Positions 1 through 8,999 of a stretch of DNA of 64,000 bases are shown here, in pieces. Every line of letters starts with the position of its first letter. Within the stretch, counting starts at the first letter, position 1. Position numbers and translations under genes: made by a program. The notes under the pieces were generated by a model. That model saw only the letters and a list, made by a program, of their open reading frames with translations. It was not told the DNA's origin and did no database searches. This DNA comes from an uncultured archaeon (GTDB lineage Archaea > Asgardarchaeota > Lokiarchaeia > Sigyniarchaeales > SOKP01): positions 278 to 64,277 of the forward strand of contig CAZBPC010000010.1 of assembly GCA_964493715.1 (NCBI GenBank), given 5' to 3'.

Positions 1-46
1 TAAGACTTTTTAATGTTGAATCTATGATGTATGGTAAGATATATTA

Positions 47-75
47 ATTGTCATTTACTCTATTAGAATGACAAT
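47..75. promoter_or_regulatory. Inverted repeat ATTGTCATT-N11-AATGACAAT, candidate operator of the AbrB-PIN operon
   Basis: Perfect 9-bp arms at 47-55 and 67-75 read directly. It follows an AT-rich TATA-like stretch (38-48) and overlaps the first in-frame ATG (68). TA operons are commonly autoregulated through such palindromes. Confidence 0.35.
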
Positions 76-337
76 AGAATGTGAAATGATCATGACAGAA
101 AAGATAACTCAAAAAGTTTCTTCAAATGGGCGTATTGTAATCCCTAAGGAGTGGAGAGATAAACTGGCAATTGAGGATAAGAACGAAGTTGAGATGGAAT
201 TGAAAGAAGACAAGACTATATTGATCAAAAAGAAGATTCACCCGTTAGAAATTAATGACAACTTATTTGAGGGAGTTTCACCTTTTACAGAAGATGAATT
301 GAAAGAAGCGAAAAAATCGGTATTTCCAGGTGAGTGA
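68..337 (+). CDS. AbrB/SpoVT-family (swapped-hairpin) antitoxin
   Basis: Motif SSNGRIVIPKEWRDKLAIEDKNEVEMELKEDKTILIKK is typical of AbrB/MazE-type DNA-binding antitoxins. It ends 12 nt before the PIN ORF. The true start may be an internal Met (M7 or M9). Confidence 0.75.
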   Translation: MTIECEMIMTEKITQKVSSNGRIVIPKEWRDKLAIEDKNEVEMELKEDKTILIKKKIHPLEINDNLFEGVSPFTEDELKEAKKSVFPGE

Positions 338-349
338 CTAATAACCCAG

Positions 350-742
350 ATGGCTGTAGTCGATGCTCAAGTATTATTCTATTTTCATTATGATTATAAA
401 AAAATACCACTTCTGCTTCAAAAGCTGAAAAACGAAGTTATTAAAGGAGATTTCATGGTGATTATTCCCACCATCGCAATCTCAGAGTTATTTTGGAAGA
501 TGAGAAAAGCAGGAAAGATAAATGCTTTTAAAAAAGCTTTAGCCCGATGGGAAGCATCTGAGAATATTATTATTGATGATTTTGATTTAAAAATTATTAA
601 GCTGATGCTAAAAAACACGGAAAGTCATGAACTCCACGATGAGATCATAGCAATGACGTGTAGAAAATACAATACACACATTATTTATTCTACAGATGCA
701 AAATTTCGAGAAATTTTCAATTTAGAACTTAGATCCTGGTAG
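350..742 (+). CDS. vapC: PIN-domain ribonuclease toxin (VapC-like)
   Basis: 130 aa with an N-terminal VVDAQV Asp, then acidic residues in ISELF, HDEII and STDAKF at PIN-like spacing. Paired with an upstream AbrB antitoxin. Confidence 0.7.
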   Translation: MAVVDAQVLFYFHYDYKKIPLLLQKLKNEVIKGDFMVIIPTIAISELFWKMRKAGKINAFKKALARWEASENIIIDDFDLKIIKLMLKNTESHELHDEIIAMTCRKYNTHIIYSTDAKFREIFNLELRSW

Positions 743-834
743 TTACTATTTATAAATTATTAAAAAAAAGAAAATAAAAGCTACTCAGAATAAATATGAA
801 TATGGTGGGCGATTATATGGGTATGGGTGTTTAA

Positions 835-1077
835 ATGGGAAAAGTTGAAATTGACGATCGTGGGAGACTAACGCTACCATCAAAAATACGAGAAAAACTG
901 TTGATAAAGTCAGGGGATAAATTAACGATAAAGGTTAACATGGATAATTCTATTACAATTAAGAAAAGCCCTACTAAAGACCAGATTTTCAAAGATTTAG
1001 GTGGTTGTATTAATACTTCTAATGAAGAAAAAGTTACTCCGGAGATGATAAAAAGCATATGGAAACAAAATCCGTAG
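835..1077 (+). CDS. AbrB/SpoVT-family antitoxin-like protein with no adjacent toxin
   Basis: VEIDDRGRLTLPSKIREKLLIKSGDKLTIKV matches the AbrB/SpoVT looped-hinge pattern. No toxin-sized ORF follows before 1195. Confidence 0.7.
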   Translation: MGKVEIDDRGRLTLPSKIREKLLIKSGDKLTIKVNMDNSITIKKSPTKDQIFKDLGGCINTSNEEKVTPEMIKSIWKQNP

Positions 1078-1194
1078 TTTTTATTGAGATAATTGATCCT
1101 ATACCTTAAGAGGCATATATTTTCTAATATCTCCCCTTTCAGTTAAGATATTTACCGATTGATTTAATAATTTTGCTGAGTTTAATCTTATTAG

Positions 1195-1398
1195 GTGATG
1201 AATATTTCGAAAATTGATCAAATTATTGATGAATTAAATCAGTTCCCTGAAAAACTCTTGGAAGAAATTTTTGATTATGTTAAGTATCTAAAAGCCAAAT
1301 TAATTAAGGATAACATGGAAACTGCGATTGTAAGTGAATCGAGCTTGAAAAAAGATTGGTCTCGTTCAGAGGAAGACGAAGCATGGCAAAATTTGTAA
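1195..1398 (+). CDS. Small antitoxin-like protein upstream of MazF
   Basis: 67-aa acidic helical protein (QFPEKLLEEIFDYVKYLKAK) overlapping the MazF start by 16 nt. Assigned mainly by position. ATG at 1198 is an alternative start. Confidence 0.5.
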   Translation: MMNISKIDQIIDELNQFPEKLLEEIFDYVKYLKAKLIKDNMETAIVSESSLKKDWSRSEEDEAWQNL

Positions 1399-1715
1399 AG
1401 GGAGATATCGTAGTTATTCCTTTTCCCTTTTCTGATCTTTCTCAAGCTAAACGCAGACCAGCTTTAGTAATTAAAGATTTAATCGGTGATGATCTCATTT
1501 TATGTCAAATTACTAGTCATAGTATCGCTGATCAATATGCTATTTCTTTAGATGATGGAGATTTTCAAAGTGGTTCCTTGAAAAGAAAAAGCAATATAAG
1601 ACCAAACCGGATTTTTACGGCAGATACTCATATCATTTTGTATAAAATTGGACAAGTAAACAATGATAAATTAAAGGAAGTAGTGGAAAAGATTATTCAC
1701 ATCATTCAAGCATGA
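1383..1715 (+). CDS. mazF: MazF/PemK-family endoribonuclease toxin
   Basis: KGDIVVIPFPFSDLSQAKRRPALVI is the hallmark PemK/MazF N-terminal motif. I place the start at ATG 1383 (MAKFVKGD); the ORF track opens at 1356. Confidence 0.8.
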   Translation: MAKFVKGDIVVIPFPFSDLSQAKRRPALVIKDLIGDDLILCQITSHSIADQYAISLDDGDFQSGSLKRKSNIRPNRIFTADTHIILYKIGQVNNDKLKEVVEKIIHIIQA

Positions 1716-1759
1716 GGGATGATTAATCTATATAGAATGAGTTTAAAAAAAACTAAAAT

Positions 1760-2089
1760 CTATAGGGTAAAAAGCTTTTTAATTTTATTATTTACTTCAT
1801 GCTTTATAACGTTAGAAATTTGCCCTAATTCACCAATAATTAATTTTTTATCAATAGTAGCAATTTTATCCAAGTATATCGTTGAACTTACTTTTAAACC
1901 TGTCATTGAAAATGATTGATGATTCTTCTCCATGAATACATGATGAAATTCTATTGGTTTGGGTATAATAGAAGAAATAAAAGCAACTACCACATCATTT
2001 GGTCTTTCAAGAAGAACCAACGCTGGTCTCCTCTTAGTACTTGTTAAATTCGTGAATGGAAATGGTAATAATACGATTTTGCCTTTCAT
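1760..2089 (-). CDS. mazF: MazF/PemK-family endoribonuclease toxin (second copy)
   Basis: KGKIVLLPFPFTNLTSTKRRPALVL motif. 4-nt overlap with the upstream antitoxin ORF. Convergent with the first mazF. Confidence 0.8.
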   Translation of the reverse strand: MKGKIVLLPFPFTNLTSTKRRPALVLLERPNDVVVAFISSIIPKPIEFHHVFMEKNHQSFSMTGLKVSSTIYLDKIATIDKKLIIGELGQISNVIKHEVNNKIKKLFTL

Positions 2090-2328
2090 GTATATCGCTT
2101 TATTAGGTCTTGATCTGTATATAAGTCTGGTTCGTTTTCCAGAAATTCTTTTAGAGAATTTTCAGAAAGTTCATGTAATTCTTCAATCACGATTGGTCCT
2201 TCGTGTGATTCTAGTTCCTTCATGTATTTTTTAATCGCATTGCTTGCAATGAAAGCCCAGTTGATTTCAGGATGTTCTTCTATCTTTTTTGCTAACTCTT
2301 CTGGGAGTGAAATTTTTAATTCTGTCAT
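2086..2328 (-). CDS. Antitoxin-like protein of the second MazF module
   Basis: 80-aa acidic ORF whose stop overlaps the mazF start (ATGA-type coupling). No family motif recognised. Confidence 0.55.
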   Translation of the reverse strand: MTELKISLPEELAKKIEEHPEINWAFIASNAIKKYMKELESHEGPIVIEELHELSENSLKEFLENEPDLYTDQDLIKRYT

Positions 2329-2633
2329 TTCCTTTCATTTTCTATATGGAATTTTTTAAATTTATTCTTTTGGATTTTTATCAATAAGAAGCACTGGGAT
2401 TGCATAATAAACCCATATAATAAAAAAAATACAAGTTGACAATTATAGTATCTGTCTAGTATTTAAAATGTTCTTGTACGGATTCCACACTTATCCTACA
2501 ATTGAATGTAATCGTTATAATTGAACTTCACGTCGCTAACTTTATGGCATAACAGGATCTTCCGATCTTCCTTCGGGCAATCAATAATCAAATAAAGAAG
2601 AACATTTTATTATCATTTTTACATTAAGATCTT

Positions 2634-2849
2634 ATGGAAGTCCCAGAAAGAATTGTTATTGACTCAGAAAGATGCGCTGGAAAACCCTGTATTCGTGGAA
2701 CAAGGCTTTCAGTAGACTTTATTTTAGAATTATTAGCCTCTGGATGGAGTTTTACCCTAATTCAAGAAGAGTATTAAATAGAAAAAGAAGATTTACTAGC
2801 TGTACTACAATATGCCCATAAAATTATTAATGAAGAGGATGTATTTTAA
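2634..2849 (+). pseudogene. DUF433-family antitoxin-like gene interrupted by one in-frame TAA
   Basis: MEVPERIVIDSERCAGKPCIRGTRLSVDFILELLASGWSFTLIQEEY, then TAA at 2775-2777, then IEKEDLLAVLQYAHKIINEEDVF in the same frame. Together they match the full DUF433 pattern (GKPCIRGTR ... ED ... AL.YA). Confidence 0.6.
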
Positions 2850-3110
2850 ATCTCTTCTTAAAATCCATTGCTTTAGGAGCGTATATTCTTGTTAATTAGG
2901 AGGTAAATTGATGATTTTATCTATCAAATAATCATACTATTTGATTATTATCAAATAATTGATCCTATACCATAAAAGAATTGATGTGTAAGTATTAGTT
3001 ATAGGGATGATTGAATTAATAATTAAAAAATTTGAAAATAGTGATAGCAAACTTAATTAAATTGGGAATCTTTTTCTAAATCTATTCAGAATCAAGAAAC
3101 TAAGAAGGAT

Positions 3111-3500
3111 GTGATTATAATTCTTAATGATTTAGAGTTTGTTGAAGAAACTGACAAATACCTTAAATTTAAAGTCAGTGATTTGAGTATTGCAAAATTA
3201 ATAACTTTTTTAGTCGAATACGGCGAACGGGAAGAATTTCATTTATCTGAATTAGAACTATTATTATTTTCATTGAACTTGCTGCATCCAGAAGCTCAAT
3301 CAAAAATCAGACAAAATATTGATTTGATTAATGAATGTCTTAAAAACCAGCATTACTTATCATTTGAATGGGATTTCCATCATTTCTATAATAAAATTGC
3401 TGAAATTTTGAACTTGATAGATGGAAATAAAATTATCATTGGGGAATTCACAGCATATAAGGGTTCTCTTAAGACTGATTTTCAGATTCAACTTATTTAA
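3111..3500 (+). CDS. Hypothetical protein
   Basis: 129-aa ORF with a GTG start and no competing ORF. No family recognised. Confidence 0.4.
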   Translation: MIIILNDLEFVEETDKYLKFKVSDLSIAKLITFLVEYGEREEFHLSELELLLFSLNLLHPEAQSKIRQNIDLINECLKNQHYLSFEWDFHHFYNKIAEILNLIDGNKIIIGEFTAYKGSLKTDFQIQLI

Positions 3501-3573
3501 TTTGAAATCTTAACAAAAAAGGATGGAAAAAAAGGGAAATTGGCTATTTATTCCTTTTTGAAATTTTATGAGA

Positions 3574-3720
3574 CTAAAGAAATCGTATTTTTATGAGATT
3601 GAGGCTCTTCCCACAATTAGGACAATTGCCTCCAAACGTTTTTGGTTTAATTATTTTATCCCAATCAATTTCAACATTACAAAAAGGACATCTCTCGTTC
3701 CTAACTTCTACTTCTGTCAT
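3574..3720 (-). CDS. Small zinc-ribbon protein (48 aa)
   Basis: My own translation (too short for the ORF track): MTEVEVRNERCPFCNVEIDWDKIIKPKTFGGNCPNCGKSLNLIKIRFL. Two CxxC pairs. Lies 66 nt downstream of the MPN gene on the same strand. Confidence 0.45.
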   Translation of the reverse strand: MTEVEVRNERCPFCNVEIDWDKIIKPKTFGGNCPNCGKSLNLIKIRFL

Positions 3721-3786
3721 TAAGAATAAAAGAATAGCGTCTTATTCATAAATAAACAGAGGCTTATTATTTTCTAATATAAAAAA

Positions 3787-4737
3787 TTAGTATTTCTTAG
3801 CAATTTCAGCTAATTTATCGTTTAAGTTTGAAACTGTTTCGTGCCAAGAAGTTATGATTTCTTCCACTCGCGGTATTGTGAGGCTTATTTCTTTATATTC
3901 TAAGTATTTGGTAAATTCTTTCATGTTTTCAATTTTAATGAAAGTTTCAGCTACATATTGACGAATACTACGGATTTGATTCTGAAGAACATCTTGAATT
4001 CTATTAGACTCTCCTTTTCTAATGAGTGTTTGGATATATTCTTCTGTGCCAAGTAGCTTTGAGTTGAGTTCCTTGACTCGATCAGCAATGAATTGCTCGT
4101 AGGTACCTAAAAGATTTTCTTTAGGAAAGAATTTAGTTATATCTATGATGAATCTTTGTGTTTGAGCGATTAATTGATCCATTGACTCGAATCCTAATAT
4201 GTTGTAATCTGTTGGGGAGTATGATGCTACAATTCCTTTAGATACATCATCTAATCGGAATATTTTAAATCCAGGATCATTTTTGAGCTGAATTACAGGA
4301 TCTCCTTTTCTATTTGGCATTTCAATTTGGCGAAGAAGACGTTCGGGATTGAAAACTAATGAAATTGCTAATGGATTATTTGTTTGAAAACTCAAGGTCG
4401 TTTTAATATCAATATGACTCATCATTACTTTGAAACCTGGATGACTATGCCACCATCCAACGGTAAATTCTCCTTTTGAAAATGCTTCTTCATCAATAAT
4501 ATAGAGAGCTTCATAATCTTCATCACTCCACTTGTATTGATCAATAACTGCGTCTCTATCTAATTCTTGATGCATTATTGGATAAGTCTCCGTAATGATA
4601 ACATCATCTCCTTCGTTTTTTCCAATAAAGATACCGCTAACTTCTAGCCAATCATCTCTTGGAATCTTTTGATTGGCAAATCTTACAGTTGCTGCCACAA
4701 TGGTATTATATGCTACTTTGGGGATTATAACAGTCAT
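3787..4737 (-). CDS. JAB1/MPN/Mov34 metalloprotease (intact JAMM motif) with a helical C-terminal domain
   Basis: Glu in LEVSGIFIG (E32) and WWHSHPGFKVMMSHID, an exact H-x-H-x7-S-x2-D. The roughly 130-aa C-terminal region is helix-rich. Paralogous to 7509..8996 and 9000..10343. Confidence 0.85.
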   Translation of the reverse strand: MTVIIPKVAYNTIVAATVRFANQKIPRDDWLEVSGIFIGKNEGDDVIITETYPIMHQELDRDAVIDQYKWSDEDYEALYIIDEEAFSKGEFTVGWWHSHPGFKVMMSHIDIKTTLSFQTNNPLAISLVFNPERLLRQIEMPNRKGDPVIQLKNDPGFKIFRLDDVSKGIVASYSPTDYNILGFESMDQLIAQTQRFIIDITKFFPKENLLGTYEQFIADRVKELNSKLLGTEEYIQTLIRKGESNRIQDVLQNQIRSIRQYVAETFIKIENMKEFTKYLEYKEISLTIPRVEEIITSWHETVSNLNDKLAEIAKKY

Positions 4738-4904
4738 TCTTTCATCATCATAGTGTATTAATTCTTGATAACCTTATACCAGTACCCATATTTATCTTTA
4801 TTTTTTCAGAAGTTTCAAACACATTTATATTAAAAATCCACCATTATTACTCATATTAAATAAAAATATTTTTTGTAGTAATAACATTTATTAATTGATT
4901 AAAA

Positions 4905-5546
4905 ATGACAGAACAAGGTTTTATTCCTCTGAGTAGTCAGCTTGGAATACCAGGTACCTCTTATCGAATTCAATTAGGAGTGATCAACGATAAATGGGCA
5001 TCAAGACTTTTGAAAGGAAATGATATTATTGATTCATATATCTATAAAGACGAAGATGCTGGAGAACAAGGCTTTCCAAACCAAAATATGATTGTAGGAT
5101 GGGTATTAAGAACGATTGCCATCCCAAATATTAATCCTCACCAAATCATGAAAACCACTCAAGTTTTGGTAAAACAAGCAAGGGAAAAAAAGGATCAACA
5201 AAAAGTTATAGCACCTGTTTCGGAAACACGAGAGGTTGAGTTAGAAAAGGTGCCTGAAAATGAATTAAAAAGACCGAAAGTTCAAGGTTGGGTCAAAGAA
5301 GATGGGATGAAATCTGCTGACGAGTTTGAAGTTGAAAAAAGAGAAGCTTTTCAATTAAGACTAGCGGCCAAGAAAGAAGAAGAAAGGCTGAAAGCAAGTG
5401 CTTCGGGATCAACAGCCCATACAACTAGACAGCTTCCATCTATTCCAAAAGCTCAAGGAGCAGAACCTTCGAAATTCTGCCCCTCTTGTGGGAAAGATTT
5501 AGATTGGAAATTCTGTCCGTATTGTGGCGAGAAATTACCTCACTAG
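4905..5546 (+). CDS. Hypothetical protein with a charged linker and a C-terminal double CxxC zinc ribbon
   Basis: C-terminus FCPSCGKDLDWKFCPYCGEKLPH. Lys/Glu-rich middle region. N-terminal domain not recognised. Divergent from the MPN gene. Confidence 0.6.
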   Translation: MTEQGFIPLSSQLGIPGTSYRIQLGVINDKWASRLLKGNDIIDSYIYKDEDAGEQGFPNQNMIVGWVLRTIAIPNINPHQIMKTTQVLVKQAREKKDQQKVIAPVSETREVELEKVPENELKRPKVQGWVKEDGMKSADEFEVEKREAFQLRLAAKKEEERLKASASGSTAHTTRQLPSIPKAQGAEPSKFCPSCGKDLDWKFCPYCGEKLPH

Positions 5547-5644
5547 TCATACATTCCATTTTATGATATTTTTATACAATTCTATTCTATGTATTTATTT
5601 TTCATAAGGCATACCTTATTAGTACTTTGAAATAATAAAACACT

Positions 5645-7384
5645 ATGTTTGATACCACAAATCTTAAGGATCCAATCTTAGCAGGACATGGTATTGCTAG
5701 ATTTTTAAGATCTCATGGGGTTACACGTGTTTTTGGAATTCCTGATGGTCATAGTTTAAGTTTTTACGATGGTATCTTAGCAACAGAAGGATTAGAACAT
5801 GTATTATTTAATGATGAACGCAATGCAGCATTTGCAGCTGATGCATATTCGAGAGTAATGGGAATGTTGGGTGTTTGCGACGCAGGAGCTGCGGGTTCAA
5901 TGAACTTTCCCATTGCTTTAGCAGAAGCGAAAGGTTCAGCGTCTCCAGTTTTAGCAATAGCCGGAGTTGTGAAATCGACTGATGTTTTAAAAAATATTCC
6001 ACATGATATCAATGTCACTAAAACACTTGAAGCGGTAACTAAATGGACTGGAACAGTACTTAACCCCGAAGATTTACCCCGTTTTCTGAAATATGCTGTT
6101 AAACAAGCGATTAATGGTAGACCAGGCCCTACAGCTTTGGTGATCGCTGAAGATGTGATGAATTCAAATGAAATAAAAATAAAGGAATTCATGCCTAGGT
6201 TCGGGGGAAGTTGTTCATTAAATAGTTGTCGAGCTATGGCAACATCTAGTGAAATAGAACAAGCAGTTTCAATGATTGAAAACTCAAGACAACCTGCAAT
6301 TTATTGTGGCTCAGGAGCGTTAATATCAGGAGCTTTTGAAGAAGTAAAAACGCTTAGTAATATCCTTCTTGCTCCTGTTTTTTCTACGATTTCAGGTAAA
6401 GGTATCATGACTTCTAGTCAATCACCTGAAAATCTTTACTTTGGCACCATTGGTTTATTTGGAGAAAAACCTAATCACAAATTTATACGTACTAAATCAG
6501 ATTTATTGATAGTAGTTGGAAATCGCCTTACTGAAGATGATACGGCTAATTTCAAAGTCCCCTCCAAAAGAATGGAAATGATACAAATAGATGTTGATCC
6601 TAGTGAGATTGGATTGTCATACAATCCATGGGGTATCATCGGTGATCCAAAAGAATCATTAAAGTTAATAATAGATACATTAAAAATTCATAAAAGTTTA
6701 AATGGAGAAGTTTTAAAAAACCGCCTGAAAAATATTGATATACTTAGAAATGATCATTTACGTTACCGAGAATCTGATAATATATTATGGATGAATGCTG
6801 ATCCTATTAAACCTCAAAGAATTTTGAAAAGCATTTCCGATATTATGGGAAAAGATGATTATTTAGTCACTGATGCAAGTGCAAGTTCTAGATGGATCGG
6901 TCCATATTTTCCTGTGAAAAAGATTGGGCGTCGGATAATTTCTCCTCGCGGTGTTGGACCTACTGGTTTTGGAATTGGAGGATTAATCGGAACTTGTATA
7001 GCATCAAAACAGCTAAATTCCAATAGATCCAATTCAAAGACGATCTTATTTACAGGAGATGGCGGATTGATGAATGGGGGTATTTCTGAATTTGAAACAA
7101 TTAAAAAATTAGATCTTAACTGCATAATTGTAATAATAAATAACTTTTCACTTGGATTTATAAAATTTGGCCAAGCTATGCTTTTTAAACATAGATATTA
7201 CGAAACAGATCGCCCTAAAACAGATTTTGCAAAGATTGCTGAAGCTTTTGGAGGTAAAGGATATCACGTAGATAGACTTAGTGAATTAGATCATACTTTA
7301 AAAGATGCATTTAAAGGAGAAGGTTTCAAATTAGTCGATATCTCCGTCGATCCTAAGGAGTTTCTTCCTCCTAATTTCTATTAA
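5645..7384 (+). CDS. Thiamine-diphosphate-dependent enzyme (acetolactate synthase large-subunit-like family)
   Basis: 579 aa. N-terminal pyrimidine-binding region with Glu (NDERNAAFAADAYSR). C-terminal ThDP motif GDGGLMNGG...IIVIINN. Substrate cannot be assigned. Confidence 0.75.
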   Translation: MFDTTNLKDPILAGHGIARFLRSHGVTRVFGIPDGHSLSFYDGILATEGLEHVLFNDERNAAFAADAYSRVMGMLGVCDAGAAGSMNFPIALAEAKGSASPVLAIAGVVKSTDVLKNIPHDINVTKTLEAVTKWTGTVLNPEDLPRFLKYAVKQAINGRPGPTALVIAEDVMNSNEIKIKEFMPRFGGSCSLNSCRAMATSSEIEQAVSMIENSRQPAIYCGSGALISGAFEEVKTLSNILLAPVFSTISGKGIMTSSQSPENLYFGTIGLFGEKPNHKFIRTKSDLLIVVGNRLTEDDTANFKVPSKRMEMIQIDVDPSEIGLSYNPWGIIGDPKESLKLIIDTLKIHKSLNGEVLKNRLKNIDILRNDHLRYRESDNILWMNADPIKPQRILKSISDIMGKDDYLVTDASASSRWIGPYFPVKKIGRRIISPRGVGPTGFGIGGLIGTCIASKQLNSNRSNSKTILFTGDGGLMNGGISEFETIKKLDLNCIIVIINNFSLGFIKFGQAMLFKHRYYETDRPKTDFAKIAEAFGGKGYHVDRLSELDHTLKDAFKGEGFKLVDISVDPKEFLPPNFY

Positions 7385-7508
7385 TTTACGAAAATTTATA
7401 TACAAAATTTGAAGGTGCCTAAAGAAAAAATTTCAAAATTTAAATGACTTAAACTATATATTTATTAAAGTCAACTACAAAATAAAAATTTAAATTCGAT
7501 GAGATAAT

Positions 7509-8996
7509 ATGCCTAAAATTGGCGAAGAATTCCCAGTAATTATCAAATCATTAGCTTATTATAAAATGATTGTTCATGTGCTCCGTTTTGGTTCAAAGGT
7601 AATAGATCCAAATCAATGTAAAGAAGTAATGGGAGGATTAATTGGTTATATCAAAACTGAAGGAGATAAAGAATTTTTAGTAATTGAAGATGCCGTTCCA
7701 GTTTCCCATGGAGGTGCGATCGAAGTGCGATATTCTTCAGAACAATTAGGAGCTTTTGAGAGAATAGATAGTCGCGTCTTTGAAAAGTTTGGAGATCTTG
7801 GGTGGTTTAGTTGTGGTTGGTATCATTCACATCCTAATCTTTCACCATTTTTCAGTGGGACTGATATACAAAATCAATTATTTTGGCAAGCTAGGAATCC
7901 TGCAGGAGTGGGACTCGTTTTTGATCATGCTCTTTTAGAAAATCAGGGAAATCTAGGATTTAAGGCTTTTAGATTAGATGATCCATCAAAAACTAGGAAT
8001 ACAAATTATCATGAAGTAAAGGTGATGGTTGAGCCCCCCAATGATGTCAATTATTACAATAAAATAATTTATTTAATCGGAAATGTTTATTCTAAAGAAG
8101 TTCCAATATTGGAGCTAAATGAGACAACGAATTTCTTTGATGACATTTTTATTCCTAGTAATGAGCAATTAATGATAAAAAAACCAGAATTAAATGAAAA
8201 TCAATTGATAAATTCATTTAAAGAGGGTATTTCAAGCTTTATAGAACAATCAATGGTTCCCTTGATTACTGTTTTGAATGCGTGGAGCCAGGAAAATCTT
8301 AAAAAATCGTTCCAAAATAGCGTAAAAATGAGAAAAGACATAATTGAGTTAAAATCCAGCTTGAGTCAAGGCATGACGAGTATTCAAAAAACATTCAACA
8401 ATTCACTTCATGATGAATTGGAAGAATTGGATAATTTTGTTGATGATCGACTTGATATTTTTGATGAAAAACAAAATAATCTTCGAGAAAAGATTACAAA
8501 ATTAGAAGGAGATATTCAAATTCTCATAACTAACGCTTTACAAGAAGGTTTAACACATTTAAATGAAGAAATTCTTAATAATTTTAAGAAATCTTCATTA
8601 TTGTTATTGGAAATAGATAAAAAACAATCTAATATCATCAATAATCTCGAAAATAGTAATATAACACTTCAAGAAATGATAAAAACCTTAGAACCATCAA
8701 AGATTAGAATTGTTGGAGAATTTGATAATATAAATGATTCTATCCTTGAGAATGTCAAAAAGAAATTGAAGTTAACAGAAACTAAATTTGAATCACTTGA
8801 AGATGAACCAAAAAAACTCCTATCTGATCTGAAAGCTGCGATTTTGGTATTAGAAGGTTCAAAAGACCCAATCAATCTTAAAATTGATAGACTAGAATTG
8901 GATAAAAAGAATTTACATGAAAAATTAAAAGAGTTAAGGACAGAAAACGCTGAACTATTGAAAAAAATTAAAGAATTTGAAAAGAAGGGTGAATAA
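7509..8996 (+). CDS. MPN+ (JAMM-intact) protein with a roughly 300-aa coiled-coil C-terminal region
   Basis: E39 in KEVMGGLIGY. GWYHSHPNLSPFFSGTD gives H106-x-H108-x7-S117-x2-D120. From about residue 200 the sequence is heptad-like and E/K/L/N/I-rich. Confidence 0.85.
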   Translation: MPKIGEEFPVIIKSLAYYKMIVHVLRFGSKVIDPNQCKEVMGGLIGYIKTEGDKEFLVIEDAVPVSHGGAIEVRYSSEQLGAFERIDSRVFEKFGDLGWFSCGWYHSHPNLSPFFSGTDIQNQLFWQARNPAGVGLVFDHALLENQGNLGFKAFRLDDPSKTRNTNYHEVKVMVEPPNDVNYYNKIIYLIGNVYSKEVPILELNETTNFFDDIFIPSNEQLMIKKPELNENQLINSFKEGISSFIEQSMVPLITVLNAWSQENLKKSFQNSVKMRKDIIELKSSLSQGMTSIQKTFNNSLHDELEELDNFVDDRLDIFDEKQNNLREKITKLEGDIQILITNALQEGLTHLNEEILNNFKKSSLLLLEIDKKQSNIINNLENSNITLQEMIKTLEPSKIRIVGEFDNINDSILENVKKKLKLTETKFESLEDEPKKLLSDLKAAILVLEGSKDPINLKIDRLELDKKNLHEKLKELRTENAELLKKIKEFEKKGE

Positions 8997-8999
8997 AAC

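Noticed and set aside
1719-2234. Plus-strand ORFs 1719..1919 and 1959..2234 from the ORF track
   Set aside because: They lie antisense to the well-supported MazF toxin and antitoxin genes (1760..2328, minus). Their composition is low-complexity and hydrophobic, typical of shadow frames in AT-rich DNA.
2850-3110. Searched for a decayed DUF5615/PIN-like partner downstream of the DUF433 relic
   Set aside because: All three forward frames are full of stops and show no PIN-like acidic motif pattern. Only the 17-nt repeat is notable there.
5764-6192. Minus-strand ORFs inside the ThDP enzyme gene, with similar antisense ORFs at 418..618, 831..1058, 6859..7125, 8669..9013, 16491..16682, 30217..30731, 46732..47064 and 60775..61101
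   Set aside because: Each overlaps a motif-supported CDS on the other strand and has no recognisable motif of its own. Treated as shadow ORFs.
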